From Verrucomicrobiaceae bacterium (GTDB lineage Bacteria > Verrucomicrobiota > Verrucomicrobiia > Verrucomicrobiales > Akkermansiaceae), in NCBI GenBank assembly GCA_051252135.1, contig JBPOGH010000001.1, positions 384,001 through 448,000 of the forward strand: 64,000 nucleotides of DNA. The letters are read 5' to 3'. Shown piece after piece: positions 49,236 through 58,685 of the stretch. The notes below the pieces were generated by a model. The model was not told where the DNA came from. It saw only the letters and a program-made list of their open reading frames with translations, and made no database searches. The position numbers were made by a program, and so were the translations under genes. How positions within the stretch are numbered: the first letter of the stretch is position 1; each line of letters starts with the position of its first letter.

Positions 49236-51476
49236 ATGCCCAATCGCCATAAACTCATAGTCTTCGTTTTCGCCCTGGTTTTTCTATCCAGCTGTGATCG
49301 CCCTGATAGGACCAGTCGAACTGAGGAACGCCTCGCCGAGGAGCAATTTTTCAAGGAGGAAGCGGTGAGCTCACTCGATCAATTGACAAACCAAATGCGG
49401 GAGGCTCCCACCGCTTTTCTTCGGACTTTCAAAGACGACCCCATCCCTTGGCAGGCGTGGAACTCTTCTGTCACAGAAAAAGCACGGGCATGTCAGGCCC
49501 CCATCCTGGGTGTTGTAATATCGTCACAAAGTGAAACCAGCCGGACCGTTGTTGAATCAATCATCAGTGACCCTGACCTACTCCCCTTGTTTCGGGACAA
49601 AAACGTTTGCGCCCTCATCGATATCCACGCTCACCCTGAGTTTGCTCTCTTGAGCTATATTGTCTCTTCTGAAAATCGTAAATCTGTGGGATTTCCAATG
49701 CTTATCTGGATGAGCCATGAGGCTGCACCCCTGGGCTCGGTTGAGCTTTCCTCAACCACTTCGACCGGACTGGCCTCTGTTATCAATCACTCTTCCGCAA
49801 TGGTGGATGACATCTGGAGCAAATCTTCTGACTACGCGGTCAAGAATAGCAGGCGTGATGCGGAATCGAGACAGGCCAGAATTGATGAACTCATCGCTCC
49901 CACCGAGAATGCTAAATCAAGAAACTACCTCTTCACAAGGTACTCCAGGGAGATCTCGTCGTACTTTGATCCCATTAGCGGCAATCTTGATGGCGCTGGT
50001 GGACTGGTTCCCTCGAGCAGCCTGGAACTATTATCAATCGCCTCCCTCTCGCCCTTGGTCAGAGAAGAAATTCAAGAAAGGGCAAAGGCAGCCATCACCC
50101 GGATCAACGAAACCGTAATCTCCGGAGCCGTTCATGATCCCCTCGATGGCGGGTTCTTTCATGCCCGGCGAAGCCCCGACTGGAACATCCCCTCTTTTTC
50201 AAAATCTGCAGTTTCGCAATCTCAAATTGTGAAAGCTCTTATCAAATCTGGTGATGCAACCGGAAATCAGCATTTCACAGATAGCGGTATCCGCCTCCTC
50301 CAAAGCATCGAGAGGAATCTCATCACACCGGGATATTCCAGTAGTTCGGCGAAGGAAACTCCTACTGGTGACAATGGACTCCTTTGGGATTGGGAGACGT
50401 TAAACAAGATTCTTACTGAAACCGAACTGGCAGTCGCATCCCAAGCGTTTGACTTAAAGGAAAGCGGGAATATCCCCGCATTGGCAGACCCGGATGGTCA
50501 ATATTTCGGTCTAAATAACCTCCCCCAACCTCACGACTCCGCGTCACTCTCCAGGCTCCTCAACAAATCTGCTCCCGAGGTCAAGACGCTCCTGACCGAA
50601 GCAATCGCCAAACTTCACAAATATCGCGTTGAACAGGAAAAAATATTCCACGAAACCAGTGTCAGCACGGTCGACCACGCACAAGTCTCTCTGGCTTTCA
50701 TCGAGGCTTGGAGCGCAACCAACGACGATCAGCACCTCCAATCTGCCCTAGTGCACGCCTCCACGATCAAAAACAATCATCGTGATACCGAAGGGAGGCT
50801 CCTGCGCTTCGCCCACCCGATCAATATCTCGGCTAGGGGCGAGGACTTTGCGGCCGCTATCGGAGCCGCCACACGACTCTATCAGGCAACCCTTGATGTG
50901 ACTTGGATCGAATGGGCCACCGCACTTTTCCACGAAGCTTTTGAAGGGGCCGCAAGTATAGAATCACCCTTACTTCAGGAGGTTCAGCCCAAAGACAACA
51001 TCCTTCCCCTGCAGCTATATTCCTATTCCATGGTGTTCTCCAGCTCAACACAGGGCATTTTGGATGAGAACTCCACCCGTTTGCTGGCCTTAACCGGAGA
51101 CCCTCAATTCCAGAAGACCAGAGACGAAATTGCCAGCCGTTTGCAGCGGTCGGTCGAGCGAGCGCCAATCATTCATACCGATTTTCTGATTTCCTGTGCC
51201 CTTTCAGATGAGCCCATCATCGCCGTGATTAGGAACAAAAACGGCCCTCCAGCAGCCTCCCCACTATTGAAAGCTCTTAATGCACCTTCAATCTCCCCTT
51301 TCGTTACCATCAGGTCAGACATCCCTGATTCCTCTCTGGCTCCTCTCCCTGAATTGCCGACCGCGACCTCGGACACAGATATCGTTCTCCTCCGCTCTTC
51401 ACAGGTTTTGGGCTCGGTGAACAGCATTAGCGAATTCCGAACCCTCCTGGTTAATGCCTTCCTTGAAAAAGAATGA
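49236..51476 (+). CDS. DUF255/SSP411(YyaL)-like lipoprotein, degenerate
   Basis: Lipobox FLSS-C. PIPWQAW, GFPMLIW, AVHDPLDGGFFHA...WNIPSFSK and GNIP resemble the YyaL/SPATA20 family. Confidence 0.65.
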   Translation: MPNRHKLIVFVFALVFLSSCDRPDRTSRTEERLAEEQFFKEEAVSSLDQLTNQMREAPTAFLRTFKDDPIPWQAWNSSVTEKARACQAPILGVVISSQSETSRTVVESIISDPDLLPLFRDKNVCALIDIHAHPEFALLSYIVSSENRKSVGFPMLIWMSHEAAPLGSVELSSTTSTGLASVINHSSAMVDDIWSKSSDYAVKNSRRDAESRQARIDELIAPTENAKSRNYLFTRYSREISSYFDPISGNLDGAGGLVPSSSLELLSIASLSPLVREEIQERAKAAITRINETVISGAVHDPLDGGFFHARRSPDWNIPSFSKSAVSQSQIVKALIKSGDATGNQHFTDSGIRLLQSIERNLITPGYSSSSAKETPTGDNGLLWDWETLNKILTETELAVASQAFDLKESGNIPALADPDGQYFGLNNLPQPHDSASLSRLLNKSAPEVKTLLTEAIAKLHKYRVEQEKIFHETSVSTVDHAQVSLAFIEAWSATNDDQHLQSALVHASTIKNNHRDTEGRLLRFAHPINISARGEDFAAAIGAATRLYQATLDVTWIEWATALFHEAFEGAASIESPLLQEVQPKDNILPLQLYSYSMVFSSSTQGILDENSTRLLALTGDPQFQKTRDEIASRLQRSVERAPIIHTDFLISCALSDEPIIAVIRNKNGPPAASPLLKALNAPSISPFVTIRSDIPDSSLAPLPELPTATSDTDIVLLRSSQVLGSVNSISEFRTLLVNAFLEKE

Positions 51477-51512
51477 TTGGCACTTCGTTTGGGGTCGCTA
51501 AGTTGTCCCTGC

Positions 51513-52811
51513 ATGCAAAACAAAGCTGTTTTATCAATTTTTATCGTCTCCGCCCTTGGACTCGGAGTTACCCTTGCAGATAAGATTACGCTAAAATCAG
51601 GCCAGGTCATCGAAGGTCGGGTTCTGGAGGAACAAGGAGAGAATTACCTCCTTGAGGTCCAAGTCACCGCGTCCATCAGAGACCGTAAGACGGTAGCTAA
51701 AAGCGAGGTTGCCTCCATTGAGAAAGAAGCTCCGGATAAAAAGCCCTTCGAAGAGCTGGCGGACATTCTCCCCACAGGCGATCAAATGCCTGCCGGAGCC
51801 TATAATCACCTCATCGAAAATCGCGTCAAACCATTCCTCTCCGAGTTCCCTAAATCCAAGCACGCCCCCAAGGTCAAGGAAATGCTCAGCACCTTGGAGG
51901 AAGAGCTTGGGAGAGTAGAGGCCGGCGATATCAAGCTGGAGGGACAATGGATTGCCAAGGAAGATTGGGATTCCAATGCGATCGAACTCGATGCCCAACT
52001 CGAACTTGGCAACATGAAAAAGGCTGCCGCAAGGAAACAGTTTCGCTCAGCGATGCAATCCTACGAAAAAATTTCCCGACACTTTGCCGGCACCGAGTCG
52101 GAATCCAAAGCAAAAGACCTGGCTACCCGACTTCTTCAGGCTTATCTCCCGATCGTCAGCGCCAAGGCAAACAGCGCTCGTGACAAGGTCGCTAAACGAA
52201 AAAGCATCATTGCCAACCTTCCTGCGAGAGATGTCCCTCGGGTAAAGGCCGAATTTGCAGCCCAAGAGAAACGTCATCAGGCTGCCTTGGCCGAAGCCAG
52301 GGAACTCAAAACCAAATGGCTCCCGATTAACGACCTTGACGAAAGAACTCTCAAAACGCTTGAGCGAAATATTCAGTCGGAGTTGAAGAACCTGGAACGA
52401 CCTCCCCGCAGCAACACCAATCCTGCCGAACTTTACCGTGAAGGCTGGGCCGCTGCAAGTGAGGGCGATACTGCCGCCGTACAGCGAATCATCTCCAATC
52501 TTCGCTCCGCTAAAGTAGACGCAAAATATCAGGACCTCCTGCTCGCTCAACTTGAAGCCAACCCCGCCCCAGAGCCTCCCAAGGAAGAAAAAGTGGAAGA
52601 CACCATCGTAAAGGATGACGAGGCTAAATCCGCCGCGGAAAAGGAAAAGAAGCAGAAAAAGAACCGTCCTCTTGCTGAGGATAACGACGATCTCCCTGCC
52701 GGCGACGAAGAAGAATCATCGATGATGCCGTTGATTTACGCTATCCTTGGTTTGGCCGTGATTGGGATTTTAGTGGGAGTGGTTCTCAAGAATCGGAAGT
52801 CCAAAGAATAA
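51513..52811 (+). CDS. Exported, C-terminally anchored protein, probable verrucomicrobial PTPDL family
   Basis: Signal peptide, ADKITLKSGQVIEG, LPTGDQM motif variant, acidic linker, then C-terminal TM and KNRKSKE tail. Confidence 0.6.
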   Translation: MQNKAVLSIFIVSALGLGVTLADKITLKSGQVIEGRVLEEQGENYLLEVQVTASIRDRKTVAKSEVASIEKEAPDKKPFEELADILPTGDQMPAGAYNHLIENRVKPFLSEFPKSKHAPKVKEMLSTLEEELGRVEAGDIKLEGQWIAKEDWDSNAIELDAQLELGNMKKAAARKQFRSAMQSYEKISRHFAGTESESKAKDLATRLLQAYLPIVSAKANSARDKVAKRKSIIANLPARDVPRVKAEFAAQEKRHQAALAEARELKTKWLPINDLDERTLKTLERNIQSELKNLERPPRSNTNPAELYREGWAAASEGDTAAVQRIISNLRSAKVDAKYQDLLLAQLEANPAPEPPKEEKVEDTIVKDDEAKSAAEKEKKQKKNRPLAEDNDDLPAGDEEESSMMPLIYAILGLAVIGILVGVVLKNRKSKE

Positions 52812-52826
52812 AAGTAGAAGCTCTCT

Positions 52827-53417
52827 ATGAACGAACGAACGGCGTCCCAAAACCGCGAAACAGCTGAGACGCGCATCAACCTGTCCCTTAATCTGGATGG
52901 AGAAGGCGTGTCAAAGATCGATACCGGAGTTCCTTTCTTCGATCATATGCTAACGCTTTTTTCGCGTCACTCCGCGATTGATCTTGAGGTAACAGTCAAA
53001 GGTGATGTCGAGGTTGATTATCACCACACTGTTGAAGACACCGGTATTGTCTTGGGCGAATGCCTCAAACAGGCACTTGGCGACAAGAGCGGCATCCGTA
53101 GATATGGGCACGCCTACATTCCAATGGACGAGACCCTCAGCCGCACTGTGATTGACCTGAGTAACCGACCCCACCTCGAATTTAAGGCCCCGGAATCCAC
53201 CCCCTCGGCCCAGAACTTTCCATTCACCTACGTCGAAGAATTTTGCCGGGCGGTAACTGCCAATCTCCGGGCTAACATTCATATTGAACTCCTCTATGGT
53301 CGTGATGGGCACCACATTGCGGAATCCATTTTTAAATCTCTTGCTCGAGCACTTAGGGTCGCCATTGAAAAGGACCCTCGCCAGGTTGGTATTCCTTCCA
53401 CCAAGGAAATCCTTTGA
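52827..53417 (+). CDS. hisB: Imidazoleglycerol-phosphate dehydratase
   Basis: DTGVPFFDHML, DYHHTVED, PMDETL and HHIAESIFK. Confidence 0.95.
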   Translation: MNERTASQNRETAETRINLSLNLDGEGVSKIDTGVPFFDHMLTLFSRHSAIDLEVTVKGDVEVDYHHTVEDTGIVLGECLKQALGDKSGIRRYGHAYIPMDETLSRTVIDLSNRPHLEFKAPESTPSAQNFPFTYVEEFCRAVTANLRANIHIELLYGRDGHHIAESIFKSLARALRVAIEKDPRQVGIPSTKEIL

Positions 53418-53421
53418 TTTA

Positions 53422-54033
53422 ATGAAATTGGGCATGATCGACTACGGCCGGGGAAACCTCCGGAGCGTGATGAACGCCTGTATTTCTCTTGGTCACGAAC
53501 CAATATTGGTGACGGGCCCTGAGCAATTGCAGAACCTAACCCACATAATATTTCCCGGCCAAGGCGCTTTTGGAGACTGTATGGAGAGCCTCGATCGACT
53601 TGGGTTGACGGAACCTCTCCGCAAGTGGATCCAGGACGACCGCCCATACTTCGGCATCTGTGTGGGATATCAGCTTCTTTTTGCCTCAAGTGAAGAATCT
53701 CCCGGCACACAGGGCCTCGGAGTTATTGACGGCTTTTGCAGGCATTTTTCAAGAACCGGAAAAAAGATTCCCCATATGGGATGGAATGCTCTCAGTATTC
53801 ACTATCCCCAATCACCCTATTGGAAAAATCTACAGGATGCTCCCTACTTCTACTTTGTGCACTCCTATTACCCCACCTCGGTAAAGGCAGAGGAAATCGC
53901 CGCAACGTGTACGTATGGTGACGAAACATTCTGCGCTGCCATTGAACGGGGAAATTTGCTGGCTACTCAATTTCACCCGGAGAAAAGCCAGCATGCCGGA
54001 CTCCAGTTGCTCGAGAACTTCCTCGGAAAATAA
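53422..54033 (+). CDS. hisH: Imidazole glycerol phosphate synthase amidotransferase subunit
   Basis: IDYGRGNLRSV, FGICVGYQ, IPHMGWN, YFVHSY and QFHPEKS. True start is ATG 53422. Confidence 0.95.
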   Translation: MKLGMIDYGRGNLRSVMNACISLGHEPILVTGPEQLQNLTHIIFPGQGAFGDCMESLDRLGLTEPLRKWIQDDRPYFGICVGYQLLFASSEESPGTQGLGVIDGFCRHFSRTGKKIPHMGWNALSIHYPQSPYWKNLQDAPYFYFVHSYYPTSVKAEEIAATCTYGDETFCAAIERGNLLATQFHPEKSQHAGLQLLENFLGK

Positions 54034-54067
54034 AAACGGCCCGGACGAAAAACTCGTCGGGCCGTTT
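54032..54067. terminator. Probable bidirectional terminator between convergent hisH and dnaN
   Basis: Hairpin AAACGGCCCGGACGA-AAAAC-TCGTCGGGCCGTTT with one bulge, flanked by A/T runs. Confidence 0.65.
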
Positions 54068-54089
54068 ATATGGAAAAATGTCCGTTTGA

Positions 54090-55187
54090 TCAGGAAGTCA
54101 CGCGCATGGGCATCAGAACATAAAGGAACGCATCCTCTGTCCTAAGCACACCGGGGCTCATCTCGTCAATGAGGTCCAGATGGATTTCCTCATCATCCAA
54201 CGCTCGCAAAGGGGCCTGAAGAAAATCAGGATTGAAAGCAATGGCAAATTCCTTGCCGCTATACTTCACTTCAACCGATTCATTGGCTTCCCCAATATCA
54301 GGGCTGTTCGCAGCAACTCCCAACTCGTTTGCACCGAAGGTGAGCTTGACTGAATTGGACTTCTCGGAAGAAAGAAGAGCAACCCGTCGAACAGTTTCCA
54401 AAAGAGCCTCACGACCTACCGTCAATCGCTCCTTTGTTTCACCAGGAATAACCTGACGATAATTCGGGTAATTCCCTTCAATCAGCTTACTCACAATGAT
54501 GCTGCTGCCAACTTCGAAACAAACCTGATTATCACTCAAACGTAAGGTCAAATCACCTTCCGACCCCAGTAGCCGCTGAAGTTCCTGAACGGCTTTGGTT
54601 GGGACGATAAAGTCTGTTTCGTGACTGGCTGGAAATTCCAATTCGTTGTCAACCATCGCCAATCGCCGACCATCGGTAGCAACGAGAGTCAGCTTACCCT
54701 CTTTGAATGAGGTGAAGATTCCATTGAGAACATAACGGGTCTCATCAGTGGAAATCGCGTAAGAAGTTTTCTTGAGACCGTCCAACAGCAGAGCTTGGGG
54801 AATGGTATACTCCTTGGAATCGCTGAAATCAGCCAAAGGAGGGAATTCGGCATCAGGAAGTCCGATGATCTTAAAAAAACTGGGACCACTGCTAATGCTC
54901 GCCACGTTCTTGGCGTCCACCGAGACCTCCACCTCCGCGGCAGGAAGCTCTCGGATGATGTTCACCAACCGTTTTACCGGCAAGGTCGTAGCTCCGGTCT
55001 TACTGACCTCGGCTTCAGCTGTCCCGCTAACACCCACGTCCAGATCAGTCGTCGTTAGACGAAGCCCTGACTCAGATGCCTCAATGAGAACATTAGACAA
55101 AATCGGCAGAGTCGTACGACTACTCACCACATGCTGGACTTGTTGCAGCCCATCCAAAAAAGCCTCTTTCGCGATCCGAAACTTCAT
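54090..55187 (-). CDS. dnaN: DNA polymerase III beta clamp
   Basis: TTLPILSNVLI, ETRYVLNG, VATDGRRLA, LIEGNYPNY and YVLMPMR. Confidence 0.97.
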   Translation of the reverse strand: MKFRIAKEAFLDGLQQVQHVVSSRTTLPILSNVLIEASESGLRLTTTDLDVGVSGTAEAEVSKTGATTLPVKRLVNIIRELPAAEVEVSVDAKNVASISSGPSFFKIIGLPDAEFPPLADFSDSKEYTIPQALLLDGLKKTSYAISTDETRYVLNGIFTSFKEGKLTLVATDGRRLAMVDNELEFPASHETDFIVPTKAVQELQRLLGSEGDLTLRLSDNQVCFEVGSSIIVSKLIEGNYPNYRQVIPGETKERLTVGREALLETVRRVALLSSEKSNSVKLTFGANELGVAANSPDIGEANESVEVKYSGKEFAIAFNPDFLQAPLRALDDEEIHLDLIDEMSPGVLRTEDAFLYVLMPMRVTS

Positions 55188-55275
55188 ACCATTAAATGCC
55201 CACTCAGGACTAAGGACAAGCTGCCCTTAGTGACATGACTTGGCAAGTATTTCCTTAAGAAAGGAGAAAGGTTTA

Positions 55276-56736
55276 TCAGCGTTGCAAAAGCACAATCAAC
55301 TTCTCGACCACAGCCTTCACCTCAACATTCGTCTCAATCTCCTGTTCAACACGCTTACAGGCATGAATAACTGTCCCATGATCCCGGCGGCCAAAGGCCT
55401 CCCCGATCTCAACCAATGAGTGATTCGTCAGTTGCCGGCTGAGGGCCATTGCGATTTGTCTCGGGAATGCGATGCTAGCAGGCCGACGCCGGCTGGTCAT
55501 ATCAGCCAGGCTGAGATCAAAATGCTCGCACACCGCCTTCTGAATCGAATCGACGGTGATTTGACGTGAATTTTCATCACGCACCAAATCTCGCAACAAC
55601 TCATCCACTTTCGCTATCGTCATCGTTTCCGATGAGAGGAAGCTGAAACTGGCCACTCGAGTAAGAGCTCCCTCAAGTCTTCGAACATTGCTCTGGATCA
55701 AATTGGCAATATGAAAAATAACTTCATCCTCAAGAACCACGTTCCATTGCTCCATCTTCCGCTTCAGAATTGCCACTCTGGTTTCAAATCCCGGAGGTTG
55801 CAGCTCAACGGTCAATCCACTTTCGAACCGGCTTACAAGTCGGGGCTCAAGCTGTTGGATTTCCGGCGCCGGTCGGTCACAAGTGAAAACCAGTTGGGTC
55901 CGTGTATTTAACAGTGAGCTGAACGTGTGGAAAAACTCATCCTGGGTTCGCTCCTTGCCAGCCAAGAATTGAATATCGTCGATCAACATCACATCGGCTG
56001 TCCGGTAGGATTTCCGGAATGCATCCAAACTCCCCTTACGGACGGCCTCAATAAATTCATTGGCAAATTGCTCTGCCGTCAAAAACACCACCTTCGCCTT
56101 GGGATCACTGAGTAAAAGCTCGTGAGCAATCGCCGACATCAAATGGGTTTTTCCCAGTCCCGCCCGACCATGGATGAATAACGGATTGAAACTTCGGCCC
56201 TCCCCTGTTGCCACTGCTGAACATGCGGCGTGGGCGAACTGACTGTTATCACCTACAACAAAATTTGCGAAGTCCAACTCGGGATTGATCCCCAATCGCT
56301 TCAATTTGCGCTCGAGTGCCGCATTGTCCTGCTTGTCTTCAACAGGCTTCATCACCTTGACTTGATCGCTTGCAAGTGCCGCACCCTTTGCAGCCACCGT
56401 CACCTCTGGTGGCACTTCCTCGCCGTGAACGGCAATCACCGGAGCAGCATGAATTCCTGCGCCCTCGGCAAATGCCGCTCGTACCTCATCCATGTAATTG
56501 GTCTCGATCCAGATTTGCTGCATGTCCGACTGGACCAAGATGACCGCAGCTCCGCGTGGATCATTCTCGGCCATTTCTGCATTTCTAAACCAGCGATTGA
56601 ATGCGTCAGGACTCAGATACTCCCCCAACTTCGTTTTAACTTTTTCCCAATTTTTTTGACTTTCGCCACCTTTGACCATTTCAATTTCATGATCCTTCGA
56701 TCCACTTTCATGACCCCCTTCGATCTCGTTTTTCAT
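55276..56736 (-). CDS. dnaA: Chromosomal replication initiator DnaA
   Basis: NPLFIHGRAGLGKTHL, IDDIQFL, RLVSRF, NVRRLEGAL and domain IV RQIAM...FGRRDHGTVIHA. Confidence 0.96.
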   Translation of the reverse strand: MKNEIEGGHESGSKDHEIEMVKGGESQKNWEKVKTKLGEYLSPDAFNRWFRNAEMAENDPRGAAVILVQSDMQQIWIETNYMDEVRAAFAEGAGIHAAPVIAVHGEEVPPEVTVAAKGAALASDQVKVMKPVEDKQDNAALERKLKRLGINPELDFANFVVGDNSQFAHAACSAVATGEGRSFNPLFIHGRAGLGKTHLMSAIAHELLLSDPKAKVVFLTAEQFANEFIEAVRKGSLDAFRKSYRTADVMLIDDIQFLAGKERTQDEFFHTFSSLLNTRTQLVFTCDRPAPEIQQLEPRLVSRFESGLTVELQPPGFETRVAILKRKMEQWNVVLEDEVIFHIANLIQSNVRRLEGALTRVASFSFLSSETMTIAKVDELLRDLVRDENSRQITVDSIQKAVCEHFDLSLADMTSRRRPASIAFPRQIAMALSRQLTNHSLVEIGEAFGRRDHGTVIHACKRVEQEIETNVEVKAVVEKLIVLLQR

Positions 56737-56842
56737 TAGCTACTACGGAATACAGACTTGGTGTTTAAAAGTGCGGAACGGCTACTCCAATCCGCCACTC
56801 GTTTAGGTGACAACAGACCGATCATTGGGCAGATTGGGAAGC

Positions 56843-56921
56843 TGTGAAAAAACAAAAGAATAAGAAAAAATCTGTGGTTGATTTCCACAAGTGTTCCACG
56901 ACTTTTTGCAAAATTTTCACG
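56843..56921. promoter_or_regulatory. Cluster of DnaA-box-like 9-mers upstream of dnaA
   Basis: TTTTTCACA (minus, 56843-51, fits TTWTNCACA) and ATTTCCACA (56881-89, 1 mismatch), plus three 2-mismatch copies at 56873, 56892 and 56913, in AT-rich DNA. Confidence 0.55.
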
Positions 56922-56947
56922 GTGATAGATTTCTTAAGGGAACTAAA

Positions 56948-58570
56948 TCACCCCTCCTTTGTCCCAAATACCCGACCTCCAAAAAGCCCTCCGGCAACAG
57001 TCAATATGGTCCCAATCGGCCACATCCAGGAAGAGTTGAAACTCGACTTTAATTGCCCTCCCTCAAGGTAATAACTCGGGAGGATCGAGAGCCATCCATT
57101 GAGATCCAAACCAGCTCGTTCCACAATCACCCAGATGTCGGTCCGCACCATCATCGTGATGAAGAACGAGATGACCGAACCAATCAGTATCCCCCTAAAA
57201 GAACCTTTGCCCCACAGCGCACAAAGGAACATCCCAAGCAATGGACCCATCGTGTATGTCGTCATCCCGAAAGCCAGATCGAGAATTGGAATCTTAAGCT
57301 GTTCTCTTGCGTAGTTCATTACCAATGTGAATAGCGTTAGGGTAATCCCCCAAAATACCACCCACTTCCGGGACTGGCTTACCAACTGTGTCTGACTAAT
57401 CTTGCCCGCCCCATTCTCCGGATGATGGATCAGGGAAATTGTCGTCTGGCTCAGCGCTGCCAATATTGAATCGAGACTCGAGATTGCAGCAGCAAAGACA
57501 CCCGCTAAAATGAGCCCTGCCAACCCGGGAGGCAACTCACTGACAATCCAGATCGGAAACACCTCCGCAGCCGCAGCCGGCGTTCCCCCTTCTGCCAAAG
57601 TTGCCGGCTTCCCATCCTTCATGAAGGACAAATTATCCGCCACAACTCCCTCCGGCGGATTGTTCAAGTAGAACACATAAAGCGCCGCGCCGACAAGGAG
57701 CATCAGATACGTCAACGCCTGTCCGACGGAACTGAAAATAATCGCCTTCCGCGCGTCTCCTGCATTGCGACAGCAAAACATTCTCTGCGCATTCAGCTGA
57801 TCGACCCCAAATGCTGTTAGGTTTTGGAACGGAACCGCAATGATAGCCACCCAGAAGGTGAAATTGAATGCCGGCCCCCACCCAAAATCGTCGTTCCACA
57901 TCCGCGTTTTACCGGCAGCGTCAGCCTCTGACCAGAACGTAGCCCAGCCCCCGTCCAGTGAAGAGACCACCCAGAAAACCGTGATCAATCCACCCACAGT
58001 GAAGAGAACAAACTGCATCACATCCGTCCAAATCACTGTCCGCATCCCTCCCATGAGAGTCCACCCGATGGCGAATACCCCGATTACCAAAATACAAAGA
58101 TCGAAAGACCACCCGGTCACCACGGTCAAGGGAAGAGCCGCCACCAAAACCCGCACACTCTGGCCAAGAATTGAGCCCACTGTAAAAAACACCGTCGCCA
58201 GAGTCTTTAGCTGCGGCTTGATCCGCTTACCCATGTAATCGTATGGACTATAGATCTCGTCTTCATAAAATACCTTCACAAACCATACTCCCACAATCAC
58301 CCGGCCAATCACCGATCCAATCCCCCAGAGCATATAGGTGAAATCCCCGTTTGCGGCCATCACACCTCCCGGCACACCAATAAAGGTCACCCCACTGATC
58401 TCTGTCGCGATAATCGATCCCGATACCGCCCACCAAGGCAACGATTTCCCACCTGCAAAAAAGTCCTTAATTGTTGCCTGTTTCCCTCCCATGTAGTGCC
58501 CGATCACAGTGGTCAAAATCAAATAACCAAAAAGAACCGCCACGTCCCAAGGAGTAAAAAAGTCTGCCAT
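56948..58570 (-). CDS. Sodium:solute symporter family protein
   Basis: FFAGGKSLPWWAVSGSIIATEIS, GGMRTVIWTDVMQ, DQLNAQR and FAAAISSLDS. Confidence 0.92.
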   Translation of the reverse strand: MADFFTPWDVAVLFGYLILTTVIGHYMGGKQATIKDFFAGGKSLPWWAVSGSIIATEISGVTFIGVPGGVMAANGDFTYMLWGIGSVIGRVIVGVWFVKVFYEDEIYSPYDYMGKRIKPQLKTLATVFFTVGSILGQSVRVLVAALPLTVVTGWSFDLCILVIGVFAIGWTLMGGMRTVIWTDVMQFVLFTVGGLITVFWVVSSLDGGWATFWSEADAAGKTRMWNDDFGWGPAFNFTFWVAIIAVPFQNLTAFGVDQLNAQRMFCCRNAGDARKAIIFSSVGQALTYLMLLVGAALYVFYLNNPPEGVVADNLSFMKDGKPATLAEGGTPAAAAEVFPIWIVSELPPGLAGLILAGVFAAAISSLDSILAALSQTTISLIHHPENGAGKISQTQLVSQSRKWVVFWGITLTLFTLVMNYAREQLKIPILDLAFGMTTYTMGPLLGMFLCALWGKGSFRGILIGSVISFFITMMVRTDIWVIVERAGLDLNGWLSILPSYYLEGGQLKSSFNSSWMWPIGTILTVAGGLFGGRVFGTKEG

Positions 58571-58631
58571 GCCGCAAATCTGTCCACTTGCTTCCTCGTT
58601 GTCGATAATCCTCTTCTAGGTGACATTAGTC

Positions 58632-58680
58632 TTGTGACCAGGAGACCCTCGCCCTAGTTTTCAGAAACCTTCCAAGGAGG
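58632..58680 (+). promoter_or_regulatory. Candidate promoter TTGTGA-N17-TAGTTT and Shine-Dalgarno AAGGAGG for kdsB-pyrG
   Basis: Hexamers at 58632-37 and 58655-60. AAGGAGG at 58674-80 lies 5 nt before the in-frame ATT. Confidence 0.55.
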
Positions 58681-58685
58681 ACAGT

